Below, piece by piece: positions 34,768-47,592 of a stretch of DNA of 64,000 bases. The number at the start of each line of letters is the position of its first letter. Position 1 is the first letter of the stretch. Source of the DNA: Eledone cirrhosa (taxonomy: Eukaryota); the NCBI GenBank assembly GCA_964016885.1, contig CAXHJY010001233.1, positions 62,001-126,000 of the forward strand, in the 5' to 3' direction. Under the pieces are notes generated by a model that saw only the letters and a list, made by a program, of their open reading frames with translations, made no database searches and was not told where the DNA came from. The position numbers and the translations under genes are program-made.

Positions 34768-34865
34768 CGAGATATGGTTTTCGGTTTCTCTAGTTCAGAG
34801 TTAGAGTAACCTATATCGAAGACTGTCTCAGCACATAGTGGTTGTTGACTCATACATACACACAT

Positions 34866-34900
<35 letters not shown>

Positions 34901-34919
34901 CATACATACGCACACACAC

Positions 34920-34951
<32 letters not shown>

Positions 34952-34968
34952 GTATATGTATGTATATA

Positions 34969-35044
<76 letters not shown>

Positions 35045-35219
35045 ACGTGTTTAAATGGGTAGTTAGTGATATACCAGTAATTGCAACTACAAGACTACTA
35101 CTAACTACTAACATCTTACTAACTGCAATGAAATGTAAATAACTGTACTAACTGTAAGAACATGTCTCAACCTAACAACAAATAATACAATACCATAGTA
35201 ATAATACTAATAACAACAA

Positions 35220-35579
35220 TAGTAGTAATAATAATAGTAACAATAATAATAAAAAGAATGATAATGATGATGATGGCGTTGATGATGATGAAGTTGATTG
35301 ATGATAATGAAGATAACAATGATGTTGATGATGATGAGGTTGACAATGATGATGATGAGGTTGATAATGATGATGATGAGGTTGATAATGATGGTGATGA
35401 GGTTGATAATGATGATGATGAGGTTGATAATGATGATGATAACAATTATGTTGATTATGATAATGATGATGATGAGAAGAAGAATAGAAAGCAACGTAAT
35501 AAACACTCAAGATATTTATTTCCTGCGCATTACTGAAATAATTAACGGTAATAGCATGACCTTTTATAATCAGATGTAT

Positions 35580-35613
<34 letters not shown>

Positions 35614-35630
35614 GAGAGAGAGAGAGACGG

Positions 35631-35673
<43 letters not shown>

Positions 35674-36093
35674 TAGAGAGAGAGACGGACATACACATAC
35701 ACATACACACACACACATATATATATATACACATATATAGAGAGAGAGATGGACATACACAGACATATATATACACACATATACACACACATATATATAT
35801 ATAGAGAGAGAGACGGACACACACACACATATATATATATATACACACATATATATAGAGAGATGGACATACACACACACATACATATGTATATACACAC
35901 ACATACGCACATATATACATATAGAGAGGGACATACACATACATGTATGTATACACACACATACGCACATATATACATATAGAGGGACATACACATACAT
36001 GTATTAATATCACACATACACAGAGACGTACATACACATACATATATATATATATACATACATACACACATACATACATATATATATATACAT

Positions 36094-36140
<47 letters not shown>

Positions 36141-36490
36141 TATATTCATATATACAGATGTACATACTCACACAAGTATAGAGACGTATATACACACATA
36201 CACGCACACATACATATAGAGATGGACATACACATATACACGGACATACATATATACACACATATATATATATATATATATATACAGACGTACATACATA
36301 TATATATATCACATTCACTTACATCACACATACACATACATATATTAGACATATACATACATCACACATACTTGATATATACATATATATACATATATAT
36401 ACATACACGTACACGTACATACACACATGCACACAAAGACAGATATACACACGCACATACATATACACAACCACATACACACACACATAA
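35220..36490. repeat. (GAT)n then (CA/TA/GA)n compound microsatellite
   Basis: Direct reading. Confidence 0.95.
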
Positions 36491-36857
36491 TGATAAAACA
36501 AAATGGCTGATCAGCCTTATCGATGTCATAGGGAAGAGAAAAGGAGAAAATGAGAAAAATGATAACTGTAGCCGTCACGTGTTCCTCTATTAACGCTGCG
36601 ACACACCTGACAGATAATAAACGAAAGATATAATACACAGCACGGTCATTGTGGGTGAGCAGAGGTGAGTATATACCAGTTATCTTGTTACTGATGGTGG
36701 CAAGAAAGAAAGGAAAGAAAGAAGTGCTGTTAAAGTGATACCAACAATGATGTGTTGTTAATTTAGACATTTGAAAGAAACATTCATAGTTAAGACACCT
36801 GAAGAAACAGAAAGCAGACGTGAAACTAAACTAAACTGTAGTAAACTATAGTAAATA

Positions 36858-37003
36858 TTTGTTTCTACTTTTGGCACAAGGCCAGCAAATACCCCAGTGC
36901 ATTACTGGTACTTAATTTTATCGACCCCGTAAGGATGAAAGGCAAAGTTAACCTCAGCAGGATTTGAACTGAGACCGTAAAAAGCCGTAACTCTGTGCTG
37001 CTA
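36858..37003 (-). mobile_element. SINE family A, 5'-truncated
   Basis: Direct similarity. Confidence 0.85.
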
Positions 37004-37139
37004 ATAAATCCACTGGCAACTGTAGTAAATAATGTCAACATATTTCCAGAAGAGAGACAGATATTGATGTAATCGATAGTCAGGATATTGAATACCATTT
37101 TATAATATAATAGACACATTTCTACAATCTGTCACTGAT

Positions 37140-37615
37140 GTAGTAGTAGTAGTAGTAGTAGTAGTATAGTAGTGGTGGTGGTGGTGGTGGTGGTGGTGGT
37201 CGTCGTCGTCGTTGTGTTGGTGGTAGTAATAATGGTGGTGGTGGTGGTTGCGGTGACAGTGGTAATGGCATTGATGTTAGTAGTAGCGATAATGGTGGTG
37301 GGGGTGGAATGGTAGCGGTGTTGATGGTGATATTTGTGGTGGTGTTGGTAGTGGTATCGACGTTGGCGGTAGTTGTGGTGATAATGGTGGTGGTGGTGGT
37401 GGTGGTGGTGGTAGTGATAATGGCGGTGATGACAGTGGTGGTGGGGTGGGATGGTAGTTGTGGTGGTGGTGGTAGTTGTAGTAGTAGTGACAATGATGGT
37501 GGAGATAATGGTGGTGGTGGAGATGGTGGTGGTGGTGACAGTGGTGGTCGTGATGGTGGTGGTGATGGTGGTGGTGGAGATGGTGGTGGTGATGGTGGTG
37601 GTGGTGGTGGTAGTT
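37140..37615. repeat. (GTA/GGT)n tract
   Basis: Direct reading. Confidence 0.95.
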
Positions 37616-38164
37616 TGAAAGACGTAAAAGAAGAATAAAAACGAAAAAGAAGAAATAAATCTGACGATGTTTTCTAATTTCAACATCATAAAATAGACGC
37701 CTGTTTATTTGAGTGAGGCAAACATTTGAAATAAAAGATAAGATAAATGGCAACATCATGCGACTGACAACGCTGTCCCTGTCACACATAATTACATCAT
37801 GTAACAATCAGCTTTAGATTCTTCATACAAATAACGATATCACGTGTGGCTTAGCTGGCCTTGTTGTTGTCTTCTTGTTATTACTGTTGTTGTAGCTGTT
37901 GTTGTTGTCCTAACATCTAGCTGCATGTAATAAGAAGCATTGTGTCGTGCTTCTTCCTCCTCATCCCCTCCACCTCCTCTTCCACCTCCCTTTCTTGTCA
38001 TATAAACGACGACTCCGTGTGACAGCAATTCGTTTTATAGATTGTAGAAAATGGCGACCGCGCCGAAGAGTAATTTTTACAAGTCGGCATTACTGACGTT
38101 TTAAACTGATTCAATATTTCACATTACACACCATGAAACATTATATCATACATACTTACTCACA

Positions 38165-38320
38165 CGATCCCTGGACCGGGTGATGCGTTATGTCCTTAAG
38201 CAAGACACTTTATTTCACGTTGCTCCTTCTACCTGGAGTTGCGACCGATAGAAAGTATTAGCAACTGGAAAGACCAACGGAAACATTGTTACCTCGGTCC
38301 GATTTGACGAAAGTCGATAT
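38165..38320 (+). mobile_element. SINE family C1, 5'-truncated
   Basis: Matches 15-178. Confidence 0.85.
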
Positions 38321-38390
38321 ATATGTGTATATATATATATTCTATTACTATTTCTACTACTAGGTACATCTTTCTCCTTCTTCGTACTCG

Positions 38391-38444
<54 letters not shown>

Positions 38445-39072
38445 GTGTGTGTGTGTAAAAGACTACACATATGCCGACTGAATATAAACATATAAATCCA
38501 TGAGATGACCTACATTTGACATAACATGACCCGAGTCCCTTTATAGAAACCCTTTATCCCTTATCTAAAGTCACATACAGCGAGACAGATGGATATATAT
38601 ATACATATATATACGGAGAGAGAGAGAGCAGATGATATGCGCCATTTATATTCCCCTGTCCACAAACACGCTCCCAGTTAAAAACTATTTCATAGCAAAT
38701 GCTTTTTAGCTTTATAATTAAATTCTCTTTATTCACAAATATCTACAACTTTTCACATGTGTATACATTCATAAGTTTACTTCGAGATTCTTCAAGTGAA
38801 ATATTTCATATAAATTTGTCATATCTTTTCTATAGATCATCTGACTCGTATAAAATATATTGAAACATTTTATATGAATTTTCATAACGATTTCTGTGAA
38901 TTTATTTTCTTGTTTATGTATTGCTATATGTCCGTATGTGCAACTACAATCTTTTTAATCGATTGTATATATATATAAACGAAATAAGATTGATATGGTA
39001 TGGCGGTATGGTAATGTCCCGTAAGTCCTGAAGGAGTCGTAGGGGAACATATTGACATACGGTGTTTCTTAA

Positions 39073-39293
39073 CCCTTTAGCATTTAAACCGGCTATATCC
39101 GGCCAGAATTCTCGCACCTCTTTCTGTTCAAACTGGCCATAACCAGCTGCTCATACTTATATTAAGGTATTGTTCTCAAAATATATAATATTAAAATCTC
39201 ATAGATTCGATATTATGTGAGATAATTATTTAAAATAAAGTGTTTCCCGTGAAAATACAATAGTAAATATAGAGTAATGTAAATGCTAAAGGG
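39073..39293. mobile_element. piggyBac-like MITE
   Basis: TTAA TSDs at 39069-39072 and 39294-39297. 14-bp TIR CCCTTTAGCATTTA/TAAATGCTAAAGGG. Confidence 0.85.
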
Positions 39294-39319
39294 TTAAGGC
39301 TTTTTTTTAAAAATCCGGC

Positions 39320-39735
39320 GGAACCTATCTCTTCTCCAGGCCTGAATATAGCAGATTTCTTCCAGAGAATAAAAGAGAGTGAGAGAAAGGAAGTGAGAAA
39401 GAGATATAGAGGAAGAATCGACCCAAGTACTAGACTGGTACTTTTTTATCGACTTGGAATGGATGAAAAGCAAAGCTGACCTCCGCGGGATTTGAACTCA
39501 GAGAGCAGAAAGCTGGAACAAATACCGCAAATCATTCTATCTGGCATTCTAACCACTCTACCATTCTATCTGACGTTCTAACCACTCTATCGTTCTATCT
39601 GGCATTCTAAAGACTCTACCATTCTATCTGACGTTCTAACCACTCTATCGTTCTATCTGGCATTCTAAAGACTCTACCATTCTATCTGACGTTCTAACCA
39701 CTATCATTCTATCTGGCATTCTAAAGACTACCAAT
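39320..39735 (-). mobile_element. Family B SINE whose 5' head is tandemly amplified (29-bp units, about 7)
   Basis: The SINE body runs into ATTCTATCTG(GCA/ACG)TTCTAA(CC/AG)ACTCTA repeats at about 39533-39735. Confidence 0.7.
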
Positions 39736-39882
39736 TCAAAAAAATTTAACTGTGTCCCGTCCTCTCTTCCCGGATGTGTTATGGTTGCTCAGCATAGAAC
39801 CCGTTTTTCAGGATCCCCTAAGCAAACAGGTAGATGAATTTCGACAGATACACGATGGCTGTTAGGGTGATAACTATCTCTG

Positions 39883-40262
39883 TGTGGTGGTGGTGTTGGT
39901 GTTGTTGTTGGTGGAGGTGGTGTTGTTGCTGGTGTTGTTGCTGGTGGTGTTGTTGCTGGTGGTGGTGTTGGTGGTGGTGGTGTTGGTGGTGGTGGTGTTG
40001 GTGGTGGTGGTGTTGTTGGTGGTGTTGTTGGTGGTGTTGTTGTTGGTGGTGGTGTTGTTGTTGGTGGTGTTGTTGGTGGTGTTGTTGGTGGTTTTGTATT
40101 TGTTGGTGGTGTTGTTGGTGGTTTTGTATTTGTTGGTGGTGTTGTTGCTGGTGGTGTTGTTGCTGGTGGTGGTGTTGGTGGTGTTGGTGGTGGTGTTGTT
40201 GGTGGTGTTGTTGGTGGTGTTGTTGGTGGTGTTGGTGGTGGTGGTGTTGGTGGTGGTGGGGT
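39883..40262. repeat. (GGT/GTT)n tract
   Basis: Direct reading. Confidence 0.95.
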
Positions 40263-41037
40263 TATGTTTGTAATACTCGATTTAAGAGGCTATGTTGTGC
40301 ATGTATACAAGTATGAATGATCGTGACGTGATGTTGAGTTAAAGAGTTGATAACATCCGTGTGGGAGTTAATAACTGGCGTCATATTTAAAGTTAGGAAA
40401 TCCCGGGTTATGCTCATGTGACATCTTTATGTAGAACAGATTTTCATTAAAGCCGCTACAATGTCGCGCATCATTGTAATGGGAGGCTGACCTATAAAAT
40501 ATTCCTATTCGAACACACACATACACACACACACAACACACAGTTCATGTTATATGGTTGAGCCAATAGGTTAAACGACTGTTGGGTGTTATAGCAACGA
40601 GTGGACAGCTGTTGGATTGACAGAAAGGTGAAGAGATGATGGTGGTGGTGAAGGGTGAAGAGATGGCGATGGTGGTGGTGAAAGTGAAGAGATGGCGATG
40701 AAGAAATGATGATGATGATGGTGGTGTGGTGGTCAAATAAACACAAACAAAAACAACAACAACAACAAAAAAGCTACCACACAGTATTTATACGTAAGTA
40801 ATTAGAAAAAGAGACAACAATAATTTGTTCATAAACACACATTTCTGGGGATCATTTTCTGTTTACCGAGCCTGGCCCGATTTTATGGTAAATTTCTACC
40901 CGGATGTTATTGTCATTATGAAAATACTAACGTGGTTGGAAGCCGGTAATGGAATTTGAAGTTTGAATAGAATTAGTAACTTTGCCGTGTTTCTTTCTTT
41001 TTTTTTTTTTTTATTTTATTACAGAAAATAGTCTAAT

Positions 41038-41215
41038 TTAGTTTCTACTTTAGACACAAAGCCAGCAATTTAAAGTAAAGAATAAAGTCGATTAAATCGA
41101 CCCCAGTGTGTTAATGGTACTTTATTTTATCGACCTTAGAAGAATGAAAGGTGAAGCTGACCTCGGCGAGTAAAGGGTCGTAACTATATACCGCAAAGCT
41201 TATTGTCCGACACAA
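41038..41215 (-). mobile_element. SINE family A, degenerate
   Basis: Direct similarity. Confidence 0.7.
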
Positions 41216-41221
41216 AATAGT

Positions 41222-41562
41222 CTAATAATAAGACTCTAAAACGGAATAAAAATGGCATCAATGAGCCTGGGAATCGAACTAATAATAAGACTCTAAAACG
41301 GAATAAAAATGGCATCAATGAGCCTGGGAATCGAACTAATAATAAGACTCTAAAACGGAATAAAAATGGCATCAATGAGCCTGGGAATCGAACTAATAAT
41401 AAGACTCTAAAACGGAATAAAAATGGCATCAATGAGCCTGGGAATCGAACAAATAATAAGACTCTAAAACGGAATAAAAATGGCATCAATGAGCCTGGAA
41501 TCGAACTAATAATAAGACTCTAAAACGGAATAAAAATGGCATCAATGAGCCTGGAATCGAAC
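41222..41562. repeat. 57-bp minisatellite, 6 copies, each with a reverse Pol III B-box
   Basis: CTAATAATAAGACTCTAAAACGGAATAAAAATGGCATCAATGAGCCTGGGAATCGAA. Confidence 0.95.
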
Positions 41563-41887
41563 CATACCATTTATTTTCACGATAAGTGTGCTAGCAGATT
41601 ACTTTCTCGTTTTTTTTTTGTGGGTGTGAGAAAAATTTAAATTTGCATCTCGTCAAAGATAACATTTAAAAATAAAATCTAAATCAATCAGATTTATCCA
41701 TAAGATCAGTCAGTGGTACAACAACAACATCAGTCATAACAACAACAACATCAGTCGTAACAACAACAGCAACAACAACATCAGGCGTAACAACATCAAA
41801 GTCATCAAAAGTAGGACGATGAATGAAGTTGCCGGCAGCAGAGTACGTAAGATTGTTTGTTCTCCTGACATTAATCCCACCAACACA

Positions 41888-41897
41888 CGAGAGAGAG

Positions 41898-41980
<83 letters not shown>

Positions 41981-41986
41981 AAGAGA

Positions 41987-42030
<44 letters not shown>

Positions 42031-42066
42031 AAGAGAAAGAGAAAGAAAGAGAGAGAAAGAGAGAGG

Positions 42067-42102
<36 letters not shown>

Positions 42103-43147
42103 AAGAGAGAGATAAAGAGAGAAAGAGAGAGAAAGAGAGAAAGAAAGAGAGAGAGAAAGAGAGAAAGAGAGAGAGAGAGAGAGAAAGAAAGAGAGAGAGG
42201 GACACACACACACAGGCGAAAACACGCTCGTAACGAGAGAGAGAGAGGGGAGAGAGAGAGGAGGGAGAGAGGGGGAGAGAGAGATGGAGAGGGGGAGAGG
42301 GAGAGAGAGCTACAAGCTCATAACGAGACATTGATAGAGAGAGAGAGAGAGGGAGAGAGAGAGAAAGAGAGAGAGAGAAAGCGACCTCTCTGAGAGAGAG
42401 AAACAGAGAGAGAGACAGAGAGAGAGAGAAAGAGACAGAGACAGACAGACAGAGACAAACAGACAGACAGACAAACAGACAGACAGAGAGACAGAGAGAG
42501 GGGGGGAGAGAGAGAGAGGGAGAGAGAGGGAGAGAGAGAGAGAGAGCTACAAGCTCATAACGAGACATTGACAGAGAGAGGGAGAGAGTCTATAGTACGC
42601 TCGTAAAGAGAGAGGGAGAGAGTCTATAGTACGCTCGTAAAGAGAGATTGAAAGAGAGTGAGAGCGAGAGTCTATAACATGCTCGGTAAGAGAAAGAGTT
42701 TATTGATTAATACTATTAATTGAGGTATCAGCAGGATAAAGCCGTCTTCTATATTTCCTTCCATTGAGCAGACGACAAGAATGGCGGTGGTTAAAGACAG
42801 AAATATTACGAACGTCAACAGAAATGGAAACAGGTCAATATATATAGATACACACACACACACACACACACATTTATATATATATATATATATATATATG
42901 TGAGTATGTATATATATTGTGCGTGTGTATATATATATATGTGTGTGTACGTATATATATATATATGTGTATGTATATATATATATATATGTGTGTGTGT
43001 ATATATATATGTGTGTGTACGTATATATATATATATATGTGTGTGTATATATATATGTGTGTACGTATATATATATATGTGTGTGTGTGTATATATATAT
43101 ATGTGTGTGTACGTATATATATACATGTGTGTATATATACATATATA

Positions 43148-43192
<45 letters not shown>

Positions 43193-43731
43193 ACGATTAC
43201 AAATGTAAAGAGGTCAATGTAAATATGTGTGTGTGTGTGTACAGAATATATATATATATACACGCATATATATATATATACACACACACATATATATATT
43301 TATAGACGATTAAAAAAAACACACATACACACATCTATATATACACACACATCTATATACACATACATGTATATTTATATATGGAATTGGCACTATCAAG
43401 TGATTTGGCACGATTGCAAGGAATATGTTTCTATAAAGATACTCTAAATATATAAGTGAGCCGATTGAAATAAACACATGCCAAAGAAAGAGGGAGAGGA
43501 GGAGGATAGAGAGGGAGATAAGAGGGTGAGAGAGAGAGAGTGGTGTGGGAGAGACGGGGGGTGATAGGAGGGAGGGAGCTGAGAATGAGATTTTCAGATT
43601 AAGACAAAGAAACAAAGTCAGACATTGGTGCATATGTACAGAATATACGTATTGCACAACGTCAGCGCCTGTTATACATACATGCGTGTATGTATGTATA
43701 TATATATATATATATATACGCACGTACATAC

Positions 43732-43762
<31 letters not shown>

Positions 43763-43787
43763 CGTATATACGTACGTACGTACATAC

Positions 43788-43820
<33 letters not shown>

Positions 43821-43891
43821 CGTACGTACGTACATACATATAAATATATATAGATACATAAGTATATATATATATATACGTACGTACGTAC

Positions 43892-43922
<31 letters not shown>

Positions 43923-43929
43923 CATATAT

Positions 43930-43961
<32 letters not shown>

Positions 43962-44045
43962 CGTACGTACATACATATATACATATATTATGTATATATA
44001 TATATATATATGTACGTACACACACACACAATATATATATATATT
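41888..44045. repeat. Long (GA)n and (TA/TG/TAC)n compound microsatellites with short unique islands
   Basis: Direct reading. Confidence 0.9.
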
Positions 44046-44134
44046 TAGTGCCTATGATTCACATCCGTAAAAGATTCCATTTTCGTGGTTTCCTTGATCG
44101 GAGACACCCACACCTTTGTTAGGAAGTTGAGCGA

Positions 44135-44355
44135 CCCCTATGCCTTGTCTTCCCTACCCTAGTGTACACATCATGCTCTGTGTTTATAAAATAGCCCAGA
44201 TACAAGAAGTCACCCGTTTCCTCAATCTCCGAACCGTCCAGCGCATGTATTTGTTTATTTGACGTTGCACTGAGATGCATGAATTTTGTTTTGTCCTCAT
44301 TTAAGAAGAGTACAACGGACTGTGCTGCAGCCGCCATTGTGCCTAACACATCATC
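44135..44355 (-). pseudogene. RTE-clade LINE reverse transcriptase C-terminal fragment (inverted segment)
   Basis: LFLNEDKTKFM...IHALDGSEIEETGDFLYLG...EHDVYTRVGK matches the RTE pattern L.IN..KTK.M...G..IE.V.DF.YLG...D...R.GK. Confidence 0.85.
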
Positions 44356-44361
44356 AGTTAA

Positions 44362-44685
44362 TAGAAAACACTGACAAAGAAGATGAATGGCACGGATGCT
44401 GAGAAAGATCCAGAACGTATCCTGGAGTACTCACGTAGCGAATAAACCTTTCTACCTTTCTGACACCATAAGGCGCAGGGGGCTCACATTAGCCGGACTT
44501 GTGAAACTTCACAATGAACCTGCTGGCAGAGGTCTTTTCTGGAAACCTGATGTGTGCAGACGAGTTGGGAGAGCAACCATCACACAGAAGGATGTTCTTG
44601 AAGATAATACAGGATTGGAACCAGGGTGATCTGGAGGAGGAGGAATTTCGTCATGGGACCGGTAGCGGATGTATAGAAGAAGATA
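44362..44685 (+). pseudogene. RTE-clade LINE ORF C-terminus / 3' end
   Basis: LTKKMNG..RMLRKIQNVSWSTHVANK..LSDTIRRRGLTLAG...EPA...LFWKP...RRVGRATIT..DVL matches the RTE pattern RMLR....VSW..H..N...I..RRL..AGH...W.P...R.GR. Confidence 0.85.
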
Positions 44686-44727
44686 CATATACACATATAT
44701 ATCAATGTATGTGATTGAATATATGCA

Positions 44728-44825
44728 TGTGCATCCGTGTATGAATATGTTCGTGTGCATCCGTGTATGAATATGTTCGTGTGCATCCGTGTATGAATAT
44801 GTTCGTGTGCATCCGTGTTTGAATA
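44728..44825. repeat. 26-bp tandem repeat, about 3.5 copies
   Basis: GTGCATCCGTGTATGAATATGTTCGT. Confidence 0.85.
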
Positions 44826-44883
44826 TATGTGTGAAGAGCATGTGTGTACGTGTTTTTAAATATAGACACACACATATACACAT

Positions 44884-44948
<65 letters not shown>

Positions 44949-45034
44949 GATAGAACCAGTTTAAAACTAGTTAGACCATTACTCAACAGAGTACTCGATA
45001 CTTGGGGTAGTAGAGTATGGCTATATGTGTGTGC

Positions 45035-45092
<58 letters not shown>

Positions 45093-45719
45093 GCACATAC
45101 ACACATACTCATATATTTATATAATGTTCGTATAATGTTTATATATAATGTTCGTACAAAGTGCCATGGTAAAGAGGATATTATCATAAAGACAAAAGAC
45201 ACTTAAGTAATCTGCTGTGGATCCTGGAACTACTTAACCACACAGTCAGGCCTCTGTATTAACAGACAAAATGAAAGATGGCTTGGTGATTAAATATTAC
45301 AGACAGTTGTTGAATAACTGAATAATTAGTTGACTTGGACGATATCTTTCAACGATACAATCATTGGGGTAATATTGATTATCATGAAACACACAATTCG
45401 ACGATGGATTAAATCAGATTGATAAGCTATCGTTGTTACCAATCTTACCTGGATACGGTTTAGTAGCCGTTGACTCAGGTAACATTGTCATTGGAACGAT
45501 TTGTTATAGAAGAACGATGTAGTTTCTATTCATGTTATTTATATAGAAACAGAACGAAATTATTTACACCAGGGCAGTTCTGCAGTTTTCTGACAGGTAT
45601 TGGCCCACGAAATTTCATGAGGAGGAAAAACTTCATGGACCACCAAATTAATTAGAATGTCTAAAGTTTTTTTTTTGGGGGGGGGGGGATAGAGGGACAG
45701 GTTTTATGAGCAGTGCTAA

Positions 45720-46064
45720 TTGACAAGAGACCCATGAGGTGGACAACGAGCAAGATGGTTGGATAACATCCATAAGGTCGGTTGGTCCCTCGCCGGATCG
45801 TTTAGAGAACAGCTGCTTCTGATAGAAGAAGAAGACGAAGAAGAAGAAGAAGAAGAAGAAGAAGAAGAAGAAGAAGAAGAAGAAGAAGAAGAAGAAGAAG
45901 AAGAAGAAGAAGAAGACGAAGAAGAAGAAGAAGGCGAAGAAGAAGGCGAAGAAGAAGAAGGCGAAGAAGAAGAAGGCGAAGAAGAAGAAGAAGAAGACGA
46001 AGAAGACGAAGAAGAAGAAGAAGAAGACGAAGACGAAGAAGAAGAAGAAGGCGAAGAAGAAGAA

Positions 46065-46095
<31 letters not shown>

Positions 46096-46152
46096 AAGAA
46101 GAAGAAGGCGAAGAAGGCGAAGAAGGCGAAGAAGAAGAAGAAGAAGAAGAAA
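45720..46152 (+). mobile_element. RTE/BovB-like 3' end with expanded (GAA)n tail
   Basis: GGQRARWLDNI resembles the BovB-type GRQRMRWLDGI. (GAA/GAC/GGC)n follows at 45824-46150. Confidence 0.55.
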
Positions 46153-46361
46153 TGAAATTCGAAACTATTATCATAGAATTGTCCACAACTTTCCCTATAG
46201 ACATTAATTAGAGTGATAAGTGAAGAGAGATCACTTCACTGGGAATGGAAGATAGCTCACGGAGTTGACTCTCCTGTTACTTTCTCTCTCTACTTTATGA
46301 CGTCAACCAAATCATAACAAGCAACAATGTTAATGAAACCATTTTATATTAACTATATAAT

Positions 46362-46443
46362 TGTTTCTACTTTTGGCACAAGGCCAGCAATTACCCAGTG
46401 TATTACTGGTACTTTATTTTATCGACCCCGTAAGGATGAAAGG
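46362..46443 (-). mobile_element. 5'-truncated SINE family A with 16-bp TSD
   Basis: ATATTAACTATATAAT at 46346-46361 and 46444-46459. Confidence 0.85.
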
Positions 46444-46907
46444 ATATTAACTATATAATAAATGATTGACAGCTGTCTAATTGTGTAATTAAAACTAGAT
46501 TTGAACAAACAGCAGAAAAAAAAAACGAAAAAAAAAAACCTATTTTAATTTCCATGAATTCAATAAAAAGACAAACGGTTCGGAATTCTGTCATAATTGA
46601 AAGAAGATAATTATCGATTTCGTAGTAAAATATACACAGATCAGATTAGATAATAGATCTATTTATTATATAGGTTGATGGTGTGATGTAATAGGATGAT
46701 GTGGCGTTCACGCCATTCAAGGAGATATCCAGATAGGTTTACGAAACTCAGCACTAACATTCAGCTTACTTCATACTCAAAGACTCTCGTGCGAGTGTGA
46801 GTGTATCTGTATGTCTGTCTGTCTATTTGTCTGTCTGTATGTGTGTATGTCTGTCCGCGTCTATGCATGTGTGTGCGTGTATGTGTCTATATAAGTATGT
46901 GTGTGTG

Positions 46908-47015
<108 letters not shown>

Positions 47016-47531
47016 TGCGTGTATCACACAAAAAAGAAAAGATGTTTTTGGTGAAAAAGAAATCGTTGTAATCAGATAAAGAAAAGATTTCAAGGTTTTG
47101 TGTCCACGATTCCTCGGTTATCACTGGAACATTTCTCAACGATAATCAATACTTCAACACTAAAATAAACTCACACAACCACACACACACACACATACAT
47201 TATCAACTCACATAAACCCACACACATACATCAAGTCGTATAAACACATACACACGTACATCAAGTCGTATACACATATACATCAAGTCGTATACACATA
47301 TACATCAAGTCGTAACAAACACACACACATACAAACACACGCATACAGTAGGTTGTACAAACACATACACACATATATCAACTCACACACACGTATACAT
47401 ATATACATCAGCTCACACATACATCAACTCACACAAGCACATACATCGACACATTAACTTACACAAGCACATACATACACATATACATACAACCACACAC
47501 ACATCAACTCACACAACCACACACATACATC

Positions 47532-47592
<61 letters not shown>

